Under the pieces are notes generated by a model that searched no databases, was not told the DNA's origin, and saw nothing but the letters and a program-made list of their open reading frames with translations. A DNA stretch of 63,741 nucleotides, counting the filler, from Choristocarpus tenellus KU-1152 (Eukaryota; Protista; Phaeophyceae): assembly GCA_964200185.2 (NCBI GenBank). It is 13 parts of 13 records of this genome, joined end to end, with 100 filler letters (N's around TTAATTAATTAA, not from the genome) between each part and the next. Parts side by side here need not be neighbours in the genome. Positions count along the whole stretch, not along the records: positions 21,964 to 35,599 come from CAXNAD020001427.1; positions 35,700 to 39,904 come from CAXNAD020015711.1; 11 more parts are not named here. The stretch is one strand, 5' to 3'. Positions 23,825 through 36,434 of this stretch are shown piece by piece; positions within the stretch are counted from its first letter, which is position 1; every line of letters starts with the position of its first letter. The position numbers and the translations under genes were made by a program.

Positions 23825-24624
23825 AGTAATAACCCTGCATGACCACAAAACACTTCATTCGATGATTCAATTTCTTCAGTGAATCAAACATCAATGAACA
23901 ACAAGGCCTGGGAGGCTACTCACACACGTGCAGTAACATGCAGGGACACAGATTATTTAGTGTCTGCTATGAGAAGAATGCACCAAAAATCTTCATTCTT
24001 TTCCCTGTTGAAGCCTCGTACGCCACAGCCACCCCACAATGTGAATGCTGTATTTTTCGAATCATGCATCACTCCCAACAGCACGCCACCTATACTAAAA
24101 CAAGTGCCTTAACATGCACCCTCTGTCAGTAAAAGCTTCCTCATGTCAAACCTTGAAAATGTGGCTGTTTTTCCCAACAATGTTGTAATTTCGATGTAAC
24201 GTAAATAAGTTGGAACAGGAGTAAATTTATTATTTAACCTGAGCATTAGATACGTACATCCTCACTCTCTTAATGAAATTCAAGATACCACCACCAAAGG
24301 TTTGGATATGAACCATAAAAAATTGTTACAATGCTGATAATTGTTGAAGGGATTACTCTGTATGAAAACCATAAATATATACTCGAGAATACTTCATACA
24401 TGCAACGAAACGGATCAACAAATAAACGTACCACTTTAAAAGTTTAGTTAAACTGAAGTGCAATTCCAGAGGTGGTCATTGGAAGGATTCTTGTTAACAC
24501 CCAATATCATCCTGTATACTTCCTCCTGGTACCTTACGGATTAGTGATCAAGGCGGGGAAGACCTGCAGAAAGTTACCAGGTTCGAGCAGCTTCGATTTT
24601 TCTCACAAAAACTTTGTCTCGATG

Positions 24625-24830
24625 ATGCCATTGTTCCATGTAGTAGCAAGAACAACGGGTTTTAATTCTCTGCATTATTCTCCTGTCTGTGCTATATCAC
24701 AAGAACGGCACAGCAAAACTCGCGGTGGAAAAATTTGTGATGGTTTCAGTGGAAGATTTGAGGGAGGGAGATGGAAGAAAGGTCGAAGTGCTGAACCCAA
24801 TGCGCGAGAAGCAAGGCAGGAACGGAGAGG
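24625..24830. repeat. Old dispersed repeat, homologous to about 48640-48845
   Basis: Shared anchors ttccatgt.g..gcaag and tgctgaacccaa....gagaagcaagg.aggaacggaga. Both read VVLA(T)TWN on the minus strand. Confidence 0.6.
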
Positions 24831-25567
24831 TTAAATTAGTCGTGGTGTAGGAGTAGTATAATTAATAATAGCACGATAAGTAGTAGTGGAGAATATTTTA
24901 TACGTTTGACAACTTGTTGGGATGATACTATAAAAACAGCAAGGTGTGACATAGAAAAATTGAAACTTTTAGATTTTTCCTCTTTTCCCACTAATACTGT
25001 TTTTTTTCTGTTCCGGTCATTGGACACTTTTTTCAAGTAGTACCAAAACCGTGTGGCAATATTAACCAGTTTGTCGAAAAATACCTCAACAAATGTCAAC
25101 AAAATTGAAATTATATGGTTAAACTTAGGCAAGATGAAGGGTTCAGAAACTGTGGGTAGACGACCGTCATCGCTAAATCTGCATACATACCTTGCAACCT
25201 AAAATCATTCAGAAAGAGAACTTTTGACATGTTCACCAAATCAAATGGCATTTTCTATATCTGTTGGCTTAGGTGTCCGCATGGGATTTGAGCCTGCTGC
25301 ATTGACGTTTGGGTTACATTTAGGAAGTTATCCGAATTCAGGATTGTCAGCCCTCCCTGCCTAGGTGTTTGGAAAGGTTTCGGGTCAAACGGTTTCTGAA
25401 CAAAACAATGTTGGGCAGATTCATCCCTATGGTGTGTAATTAAAGGCGAAAATTATAATTGTCTTTAAACAGCAGAGACAGAATGCATCATTTTGTGTGG
25501 CAAGTGATCCTCGCTACAGTTTCTTGTATGAGGCCTTTAGGCCAACCATGTCACAAATATGGTACAA

Positions 25568-25825
25568 GAGTGGAAGTATCTTAGAGGGTATGAGTTTTTC
25601 CCTGTTTGTTCATTTGGGGTTTGCCTTCCCACGGTTTTTAGAGACATTTTACCTGCTCCAAAATGTTTCGGAGTAGGTACATTGTGTACATTATGAAAAG
25701 GCGTGTCCGGAACAAGGATATTGACACCTCCTAACAAATATGAAGGCCAAAATTACATCAAAATTGCAACATTGGATTTTGTCCCCCAAATGTACTTGGC
25801 CCTACCCTCTAAGATACTTTGACCC
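25568..25825. mobile_element. MITE family B copy (258 bp) with 4-bp TSD ACAA
   Basis: TIRs gagtggaagtatcttagagggta ... taccctctaagatactttgaccc; acaa on both flanks (25564-25567 and 25826-25829). Confidence 0.9.
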
Positions 25826-27659
25826 ACAAAGGACAACCACATGCATGACAAGCACGTTTTATTTCCTCAAGGCTTTGCACTGTTGACGCAGGTTGAAGTT
25901 TGTGCATGCAGAACCGTCCGTTGAGTCTCTATGCGTGAGGTTTTGGAGATTGCGTTTTATCTGTCAGAAATAGTGTAGACGTCAACAATGCAAGACTCTG
26001 AAGCCCCTTGTTTCGGAGGAGAATTTGTGGGCGAAGTTGGAACCTGACCTGTTCAGGTTGTCTGCAGCCCGCCATACACGTTGAGGTTAGGACTGTGTGA
26101 AGAGAGTCCTTAACACATTTATCGAAGGCATATCATTGAAAATTCATTTTTTTCATTATCATTTTCAGGTGTATCAAATCATGCGATGGTTTAGTATTAG
26201 ATCACCTGTGGCATGCGATCAAAATATGGGTCTGGACTTACGAGATTATGATGAAAAAATAGAATCTTGGGGTTGGTGGAGTAACAAATGTAACACGAAT
26301 GTAGTCGGAAGAGCGGACCACTCTGCTTCATGGTTGACTGTTTCATGAAGACACCGCAGTAAAATCCTTTGAAATTGAAATGTGGGTAAAAATGTTGAAG
26401 CTTTGAATGCCTTCCAGCAACACAGGTTCGTAATGTATACCATTAGTGTAAGATATTTGACATTTTGCCTCACCCTTTCCGTATTCCATTGCTCTATCAA
26501 CTAGGAAGGTACAAAAGCACCTATGATGAAAATTCTACTGTGACCTCAGAGTCCCCCCATAGGACACACAACCTTCGCAGGTGTGACACTTGCATCCTCA
26601 CGAACCAACCGACCCCACTGCCCACCCAGAGAAAACACACCCTCTCCAGTACAAGAGGAGTGAGGGCACAAGTTTGTACACCCCAAGAAGCACTAGTCCA
26701 AACCTTCACCCTTTTTTTTTCTCGCAAAGGGCAAAGGCAAAAACTCTCTCCAACACTTATTCCGCTTATTGTTTTCCTGTATTATGATGGTTGATACATC
26801 AATTTCCATCTCAACACCCAATTTCTAGTAGGCACTCCAGATAGTGCCAGGATTCTAACTGACAAAAAACCTAGGTGCTCAAGTCTTACCCAATATAAGG
26901 TAATGGTCCCCCAGCCCCCTGGTCAGAGTAAGATATACCCTCCTGTGTCTGAACAAAAAGAGGCATGCAAACTCAAGCAGAAATACTGAAAGAAGAAATG
27001 AACACATCCCCTCCAGAGAGTAACTACAGCATGGAGACACAAGAAAAGGGAATATAGTGGGCCAACCCCCCACACACCCACACACCCTCCTGGAGCAAGC
27101 ACACCAGGTATTACGAAAAAAGGTGGGGGCATATTCCTATGCCCTCCTTTTTCTTGTCTAATTGCATTTCTCAAATGCTCTCCATCATCACAGATGCTGT
27201 CCAGCTGTGAAATGGGATGGGAGACAAGATCCCTGTGTGTTTTAACCTCCATAAACACAATGCCCTTTTCAGAGACACTGTAAGCTCTCTATGTGATGCT
27301 AATGCCAAACTGCCATCTGTTTTGCGTGCCTACCACTTGCCTGTGACACACAACACAACATCCAGACCCAAAACGAATATTCCTGTCCCAACAGGCATAA
27401 CGATCTGTGCTAATCTCACCATGTACTGACTTACCACAGGTGGCTTTCTTTCAGTCGTCTCTGCTGTTATTTGAGCGCCATTGAGGATCAAGCTCTGCTC
27501 CAACAGTAGCACCTATTAACAAGCACATGTGATCCTGCGACACAGGGCACCATGCATGGTGTACTTTTTATGGGGGGAGGGACAAGGCTTTGTTCATGGA
27601 TTATTTAGAGCAAGGAGGGCGAGACTCACCAAGTGGATACACAGTCACAATGTCCAGTG

Positions 27660-27830
27660 GACTTTTCTTGCACAATAGACAAACACATAACATCTGTAGG
27701 CTCTGCTCACCAACTTGTGGAAAATTTCGGTGCCATCCCAACTCTTCCACACCACAAGAGGAAAGTCAACAATGCTACCTACTGTCAGATCACGTTATAG
27801 GAATACCCTTACGCATACCCACGGCGCACA
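27660..27830 (+). mobile_element. Possible non-LTR retrotransposon ORF2 C-terminal remnant
   Basis: HNICRLC...EESQQCYLL resembles the CxxC...ES..H.L..C motif of LINE C-termini; degenerate. Confidence 0.3.
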
Positions 27831-28341
27831 GCACACTTAATTCCCCATCAACATGCACCAATTCCCTGGCCATCCCCTCCTCATATCACTCCTCATCCCT
27901 AACACCTGCATCAAACAAATCCACAAATCCTCTTCCACAGCAACATCGGCATCCTTACCCTCTGCTCTCCCTGACCCAGACGCCCTCAGGATCACCTGAG
28001 AGACGAGGACAAGAGATGGTGACATAGGGCGTCATGCACAGCACAGTGCGTACAGAGGTAAAAATATCTGCAGGATGCTCCTGCAAAAATTGTTACCTGC
28101 TTTAGATTCAAACACGGTAAGAACGTCACGTCACAGAAAGTGTTTCGAGGGTAGAGACGCTAGCGCCAGGTACAACAATGCAGACTTAACCACTACCACT
28201 ACCGAACGTGTACCGCTGTAGAAAGATCGAGCACCACAAAGAATACTTAACACGCCACCAAACGCCCATGTATAGGGGGGAAACAAACGGTTGCTTCATT
28301 ACGTTTCAACATCTACTGCCCCCATTCGGGCAGCATTAACC

Positions 28342-28954
28342 TCTTCACCGTCGACATCACGGAAATACTTCACCAACCCATCCAAAGACGCACTCAAACG
28401 AGCAACTCCGTCACTGTCGACTTTTGCGACAATTTTGTCGAAGGAGCGCTGAAAAGCTTCGAGGATACAAAAAGTATTCTTTTCTCGCATGATGTCGTCC
28501 TTCGTAACTCATACGTGACATGTTTGACGTAAAGGCCTTACACAAGAGACCGTTGCGAGGATCGCTTACCCCCCCTTCATTCAGCGAAACACCTATATAC
28601 AAAAACATGTGTTCTGGCACGGTTGTTTCGAAGATAAACCCAAATTTTCGCTCCGCCAAGTACATACCATAAAGATGAATGCTGCCAACGCCAGCGATGT
28701 TCCGTTCAAAAATCGTTTAGACCGAAATTTTTAACACACCTGATCAAGACCTGATCGAGGGAGGGCTGAAATCCCAAATTCGACCAAATACGCAATTGGA
28801 ACCCAAATATCAATGCAACAGGACCAAAAGGCATGCCAACACCTAAACAAACACATTGACATACCTCAGACATGTATTGTGCCGCATCGGTGGTAGACAT
28901 GACAGGGGTATCCTTTTTCAATTCGACGGTGCTCCTCAATGGTGGTGTGGTCAC
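28342..28954 (-). CDS. 5' exons of an unknown gene, head-to-head with the sulfotransferase
   Basis: Good donors (GAG|gtatgt, GGG|gtaagc, GAG|gttaat) and a coding-like exon AFQRSFDKIVAKVDSDGVARLSASLDGLVKYFRDVDGEE. Phases are not fully resolved. Confidence 0.35.
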
Positions 28955-29342
28955 ATGTAGTGCTGAGTGCGTTTAGGTCCCACTTTTGGACCTCAAAACT
29001 ACTATTCGTACACATTTTCTAAGTATGGTGTGTATTCTCTTCTTTACGTTTTTCATTACGGGTTCGGATCTTTCGGGCTAATGTGACCAAAATAATATAG
29101 AATAGAAACTAGAGTTCAAGGAACATTAAATGAAACACAAAAGATTTTGCATCGATGTCTATACAACTACATATAATATAATGTAATATATTCTTGGTTG
29201 GATGTAGAGTTTTTATGTCCCCATTCTCCATCTCCACAATTAAACCTTTAAAGGTTAACTAAACATCCAACCACCACACAAACTTTTAGGAACATGGAGA
29301 ATGAAACGCAACCCCACCAAAAATTAAACAGGCTGACAGAAG

Positions 29343-32300
29343 ATGTTGGGAGGTATGTGGAAGGTCATGTGGCCTCGTTGTTGGTGGACGCTGGTCTTGT
29401 GTCCCGTCCTGACGCCAAGATTGATTGCCGCAAAAGGAGAGGAGAGTCAAAATGGCGCAGGAAGGGTTTTTAGGGTCTTCATTTTAAAGACAGCCAGATC
29501 AGGATCCTCACTATTGGGTCATAGGCTCAATGAGCTTGGGGGAGAGGTATTGTGTCCTATGGTGGGCGACTCACTGCGCATGGAGCATTCTCCCAACGGT
29601 ACTAACGGTACAACTGACAGGAAATGGATAATGCCAGAGTTTTTGAATCATCGTTACAGCGATGAGGTAAGCTTGTCTACTTTTCCGCTTCCCTGTAAGA
29701 CTATGATTACAGGCGTGGAGCAATAGATCGACGAAGATGAAAGGGTCGTGATTGTATACCTTCTTAGCGGCCTCACATTGCCAACTACTGTCGCACTAAC
29801 AATATTGTACGATGTGTCTTTCCGTGTAAGGACACCGCGGCGATGCATCTGGATTATTTCAAGAAGATCATGGGGTATTTCCCTGAATGCACCGAGCATA
29901 ACGTGGGTGAGATTGCTGCACCAATTGCGTCAACGAAACCTATCATTCCTATTCCTCTATCATCTCTATTTCTTGAACTTACTGAACCTTGCACAAACCC
30001 ACCATCCAACGAGTAATATCGTGAGAAGAAACGGGTGTGGTATTGACAGGATACATAGCCTGCCAAACTTGCCATTGTTCCGTTTTCAACAGTGAACTCC
30101 AGAATTTGATGTTGGCTCAATATTCGACAATGCTACATGGTTCCAGGTACCGTAGATAATACCTGAAGATTGGTTACAAAAGTCTTTGTCAAGCCTGTAC
30201 ATAAATACCTAGAAGTACTGAGTATGTTCTCGAAGTATGTTTTTAACAGCAACAGCACTGTGACGAAGTCGAACACACGAACACGCCTATTATTGAATGA
30301 ATTAGACATAGTAGTATTGTTTTCCTCGTTAGGAGGACAAGAAGAGTGTAGTAAGATGCCATAGTCCAACAACACACCCTTCCCTAATAGAGCCCTGCCA
30401 GTAACGGCTGCTTGAGCTTAATGCAGTATTATAGTTGGGTGACTTGCCAACCACAATATTATCTGTCTGAGCAATAGGATGGAACACCAGTCAGTGTATG
30501 ATCTCACCTGCTCCATACTCTCCATCAACCACAATGATATCTCACTTTTTGTGTTCCACTGGCGTTCAAATTTCTTGTCTTGAACAAGAGAGATGCAGCA
30601 GCCCTGCAGTGAAGTGTCAAGGGGGAACAACATTCTATGGCGCTACTCTAAATCCCGTAAAGGACAAGAACAAAGGTCGTACAGCCATTTTCCTCAACTC
30701 TCTGCAAGAATTTTTGTCTGGAATGCCATCATCAAGTTGGCCACTGCTGTGGGTTCACTTACGAGCCAATTTGGTTCGCCAGGCGATTTCAATCCTCAAA
30801 GTGGACTATTTCAAGAAGAACAAGGTGAGTTGACGAGTTCTCAAAATGTTATGCCTATTACCTAAGCAGAAAGGGGTAGGAGACTAACCTTCAAGCAAAA
30901 TGAACAGTTCAAGACAGAATTAGAGTCTGAAGTCTGGGATTCCAGGGTCCAGAATTTGGGGCGCATTCTTGGGCTATATGTTTAGAAACTGAATGTTACT
31001 ATTTTCCACCACCTGACCAAAATTGATTGTGCAGGTTCCATTTTGGGGTATTACGGCAATAATTTATTGTCGACTCATCTGGTTAGTGAATCACCAGTTT
31101 CGTGTTCAGTCCCCTATTGTACCAAGTAAATCCCAAACCTCTCCTCTCACCCAGCCCGCACTATCGCACCTAACAGTTATGTCTTTGTTTGTTGAAGCAA
31201 TGCTTGGGGAAATCACCACAGTAGTGATCTGACCGGGTTGAGACTGATTGTTCATAAGCTATGAGGCCGAACTAGCCAAACCAGTCAGAAATATTCAGGT
31301 GTACAGTTAGCGAAAGGACTGAACCAAATTGAATGATTACTTGATCTTCCATTTTTCTACGGTTTTGTGTTCTTTTACGTCCCATTACATCATTTCGCAT
31401 ATTGGACAAATCATGATTTAACACCCTTGTGCTATACAAGTCAGTAGAAAATAAAGATAAACAAATATTTTTTTGTGGAAGGTGAAGGAGTGGTGAAGAT
31501 GTATAAACCATTTCTACTCAGGAACCTTGTAACACAAATCATGTACTGAGGGCAACGCAATGTTGAGGAATGAAGCACAAATCATTTATATTACCATGCC
31601 CTCTGACATTTTACAGATGTGTCAGAGAAAATGCAAAACCAGTATCACGAGGATCCCTGTAGGAGCAACAGTTATCGCAAAAAAGAAAGTTGTCTCTCAA
31701 AAGACTATTTACTACTTAAATACTAGCTATACAGCAATACTCCCTGAGAGGTTATTAATTACAATGTTATGTGCACACTACTGGTAGACCTCTAACCTGG
31801 CTTGACCCTACAGACGTGGTTGAGAAATTGAGTGATTTGCCACGTGTTGAGAGAAGATATTTGTGCATTGGTGATATGTCCCTACTCTCACATTTGTATG
31901 CAGAGTGAAATTATCTTATTAAGAGAGGGTACGAGTTTCGCCCTGTTTGTCCATTTGGGGCTTGGCTTCCCTCGAGGTTCTTACGACATTTTCCTACTCC
32001 AAAATATTTCGGAGTAGGTAAAATGTATACATTATGAAAAGGTGTGTCTGGAACAAGGATATTAGCCCTTTCCTAACAAACACGATAGCCAAAATTACAT
32101 CGAGATCGCAATGTTGGATTTTGGCCCCCAAACGGATGCGGCTCTACCCTCTAAGATAATTTGGCTCACAAATCTAATGTTGCGATTTAACAGGAAAGAA
32201 AATCTGTGTAGAAAAATCTCATCTTGTGGTGTAGTAGGAAAGAACAATGATCTCACGTTGTTTGCAGTTTCATAGGGAAAAAAAAAAATGTGCTCAAAAT

Positions 32301-35300
32301 CTCAGGCTACTACAACTAAAAGTTTGTGCAGTACTTCGTTCTCTTGTTGTTCTATAAGTAATACCAAAAAACATCACACCCCTTTCTAAACCAGGTCATC
32401 GTCGAAGCCCCAGTAGGGTCCCGGGTGACGCGATGTCTGTAGTGTGTCATCCTGAGGGTCCCTCTTTCGTACCTGTACATTATCCTGTGTACCAACATGT
32501 CAGTGCCCACATTTCATGTATCAGTAACATCACTACTCTAACCCTAACCCCAAGGTGTACAAATATGTGTTGTACAGGAGTCAAAGTATGTTAGAGGGTA
32601 GAGCCGCGTCCGTGTGGGGGTCAAAATCCAATGTTGCGATTTTGACGTGATTTTGGCTATTGTGTTTGTTAGGAGGTGTGGATATCCTTGTTCCGGACAT
32701 AACTTTTCATACCTACCCCAAAACATACACATTTTACATACTCCGAAACGTTTAGGAGTAGGTAAATGTAAAAAAAAAGGTGGGAAGTCAAGCCCTAAAC
32801 GGACAAACAGGGCAAAACTCGTACCTTCTAAGATAATTTCACTCACTGCTCACCCGTTCCTGAATCATGTACAGATATTTGTAGGTACTACTCTCCCATC
32901 TACGGAACATTTTCAGACAGTTCCCTGTGGTATCACACCAGTTTGTGAGCTCTCTGCAACAGTTTGCCCTTGTGGCCACAAGTTGTACGAATTAATTACG
33001 GTGTGTTGATTTGTCAACATTTCGCTATGTTATCGGAAGATTTGTCCTGCACAACACTCTCAGAAACACAAAATACGAACAGGTACAAACGATTCTGATC
33101 CTCCAATGAAAGAGTTAAATCCTAAGTACTTGATTTGTGATGAGGCTCCCGCAATGCGCAATAGCTCAGATTTATTACCAGAACGGGCATTGATTAGTCA
33201 GGAGTTGATTTGTTGTGCACCACAAATCGGATTTGATTTGTCCTGTTTGTGCACCATTACAAGAGCATACTGTATTACAGGGTTTTCACAAAATATTGAC
33301 CCGAAGGTTGACTCGATTCAATTTTATTTTTTAAGAGGCTTGAATGATGGAGCATGCACACTCTTAACATGTGGCAATGCAATGGGAAAACAAATGCATC
33401 TATCAAGAATTGGCATGTCACAACCAGAGCACTTCCACAGGATAATGATACCTACATTACCGTGTGTAATATTTGATCTGTCCAACCTCAGATATGCCTC
33501 CTACGTTTCCTGTTGAAGTGACGCCCTCAAAACTCAGAAACTAACAATAAACAGACTCAGAAACCGTTCAGCTATCTCCCTCTTGTGAGTATTACATCCA
33601 ATGGGTTCACAATTTGGAAAGTCAAATTAGATATCCCTCATGTAATGGACACCTTCTGGGTCCATTACAGCCTGATCCCATGCCTACCTGCCCTACAAAC
33701 ACCTTGTCTGCAAGCCAATATTGCCATGTTGAATGTTGAACCCTCTCACTTTTCTTCTGACTTTTATTTTATGAAAGGACCCGACTCATTGGGTGGGTGC
33801 ACCTACATGATGATCATATCAGTTGGTGATGAGGACCAAAGATGCTCAGATTGTTTCCCAACCATCTTGGCGACGGGCTGACGCGACATTGTCTATCCTG
33901 TTTACAGATATGCCCGGATCAGGACCCATTTCACATCGACCCTGACCTGTGTCCAGGAGCAAAGAACCCTATATTTGTGGCCCCGGAAGACTTAGCCTTG
34001 TTTGAGAAGAGCAGGGCCGAGAAAGCACAAAGGTCAGATCTTGTGTTCCACACAGCAATAGCGCACATGCCGCAAAATCCCTATTTTGAACATTGTCTCC
34101 AGCCATGTACATCCACGCATATATATGTATGCTGTCCAGAATGATTTTACCTTACTTCAAAGTATTTTTTTGACTAGAATATACTTTCCCCACTTGTTTA
34201 CTGAACTGCCTTGCCTCGATATGTTGCAGAGAGCAAGTCCTACAGGGTAACTTCATAAACACCCCCATCGACTTTCACTGATAGACTTGTTCCGTTGAAC
34301 TACTGCGTGGGTCTATGTTATTACAAAAATCGTCAACTTCCTATATCAGGCACACAGAGGACTCTTTAGAGCCTGGTCTAAACAACAAGCATTGTCTTGC
34401 TGTATGTACTGTGGAATGCAAGAGAGATGAAGACGTTCACTAAAACAAGGGACCCCTTCTCCTGCTACCAAAATTCGATGTAACACCATCATGTACCGTC
34501 CTATATTGACTGCTCAACAGATGCACTATCTCAAATGATTTTGCACCCAGGACTCCCTGCCCCCTCAATGGGTTTGAGATAGTAGGTTGGACCTTTGTGA
34601 CACCCTTATCGGACAACCAATTCCTCGCACTTCGATTTCACTGCTGACACATAAAGTTCACATCCTGCAATAGTATATAGATTGCCTTGGATTATACTCC
34701 TTCAAAATGATCTTCTGCTCTCCCAACAGGCCGTTAGAAGCGTGGTTTCCCTCAGAGCTAAGTCCTGCTTTCTGCTTGCCCTCACACCACTATCACCATG
34801 CAGTACACTCTGCTTTGGATTGGACCTGCTCATGCCGGATAACACTCTTGCCACGGGGGACTGGCTCGACTGTACGCAGCCCACGGATGGACTCTGTGCA
34901 TCACGCCCAATGTTGGATTTAGCAGGTGCTGGGGAGGGTAGAAATCTGGTCCCAAGTAACAAAACTGTGGAAACAAGGTTTGCCATCTCAAGCAACTTTG
35001 AGGTAGATGCTGAAGGGGAATCCCAAGTTGAAATGTCGGGATCAGGGGCAACATTCCCATTCATAAGAACCACATACGAGTATGTTGTGGCAACAGAGAC
35101 CAATGTTGAAAAGGCATTAGTCCACGCTCTATCAGGGAAGGATAATTGGATTTCAGTCTCAGGAGAGGAGGAGGTAACCTCAGGGCCTGCGCTGAACAGG
35201 TTTGCTGTAACCAGCAAGGCCAACACAAGGGATGTACTCCTGAACTTTGATGGGCTGGTGGAATATGCCCTGGAACAGCCTCTGGACAGTGAATGGCGAT

Positions 35301-35371
35301 GTGGTGAAGGGGGTGGGATAGTGAAAATGTTATGTGAGGGAGTGGATCCACCGTGCCCCCCTTTGGTGTGA
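29343..35371 (+). CDS. Stf0-like sulfotransferase with N-terminal signal/anchor; exons 29343-29666, 29831-29906, 30589-30824, 33908-34032, last exon ~34978-35371
   Basis: VFILKTARSGSSLLGHRLN (5'-PSB loop), WVHLRANLVRQAISIL (3'-PB, Stf0-type RxNxVxQAIS), TTYEYVV and SKANTRDVLLNFD at the C-terminus. The first four exons are phase-compatible GT-AG. The last acceptor is uncertain. Confidence 0.78.
31903..32167. mobile_element. MITE family B copy (intronic)
   Basis: Colinear with 25568-25825; termini gagtgaaa... and ...ctaagataatttggctc. Confidence 0.88.
32578..32844. mobile_element. MITE family B copy, opposite orientation; flanks acag/actg
   Basis: gagtcaaagtatgttagagggta ... taccttctaagataatttcactc. 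Confidence 0.88.
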
Positions 35372-35570
35372 TGATTTTTTTGTTTTGCTATCCCCCTGCA
35401 CTTGTTAGAGGCCTGGTGACTGAATCTGACAGCAATACCCTTGGGGCATCTTGTTGCCTTAAGACTCCCAGAAGTTTCTTAGGTGGTCGTGTCATGCTGC
35501 CGGCTAAATTGGTCCATATTCGTCTTGCTTGACCTGTACGGAGAAACTCTGTTTTTTATCTGTGGCATGA

Positions 35571-35599
35571 GAGTCAAAGTATCTTAGAGGGTAGAGCCG
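35571..35599. mobile_element. MITE family B terminus at the contig end
   Basis: gagtcaaagtatcttagagggtagagccg. Confidence 0.8.
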
Positions 35600-35699
35600 N
35601 NNNNNNNNNNNNNNNNNNNNNNNNNNNNNNNNNNNNNNNNNNNTTAATTAATTAANNNNNNNNNNNNNNNNNNNNNNNNNNNNNNNNNNNNNNNNNNNN

Positions 35700-35779
35700 G
35701 CGATATGAAAAAATTGGCCCCAAATGGACAGCCGCCACCCGCCCCCCACCCCCCGCCCCACCCCCAGATACTTTGACCC
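35700..35779. mobile_element. MITE family A right end; further A-type termini at 40004-40024, 43071-43150, 46680-46724, 49688-49726, 53014-53071, 63718-63741
   Basis: cccccagatactttgaccc or its reverse complement gggtcaaagtatctggggg at contig ends. Confidence 0.85.
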
Positions 35780-36434
35780 ATTCAGTCCGTAACATCAGGC
35801 TGTCTAGGGCAGCCTTCTGAGCAATTCAATCCAACAAGGGCTGCTGTCTGGACAACGCTTTGACATGTACAACACTAGAGTGTTAAGTTGGGATATGTGA
35901 GTAATACGTTGTTCAAGGCCTGTCTATTGTTCAGCGTATCAGCAACAGTGCTCCTATAGCAGCAAAGGAATACGCGTGTACGTGTCTTTCCAACTCAAAA
36001 ATGATACTCGCAGCAGATGCTATTCAAAAAAAAAAAAATGGTGTGCACACTATTGGTGTGCACACTAAAAGAGAATAAAACAATCGCTGCCGTGTCTGCC
36101 GTTGGGCTCCATTGCCAAAGACTTTCCAACTACACACCAGGCACACCGCTTGCATTGTGCTGGGGCCGTTATATACACTCAGTAGCGCTCCAGGGTGCTA
36201 CAGAGCATTTGAGGACAAACCTTGCTGCCCAATCCTACCAATATTGGCGTTCCATCCAAGGCATGTAATTAAAAACCTAAGATCCTAAGTGCATTTAGTA
36301 CCCAAGGCCCAGGTCTCGAGTGGCGAACACGCTCTGGGGTCTGCTGCGTAAGCATTGTGGTATGATCTTCCTTTCCAGTGTGTAACAATTGACTGCGATA
36401 CACCTTGAAAGCCGCCACACTAGTCTCGTCTCAC

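Noticed and set aside
34702-35226. 174-aa minus-strand ORF
   Set aside because: It is the antisense shadow of the last sulfotransferase exon.
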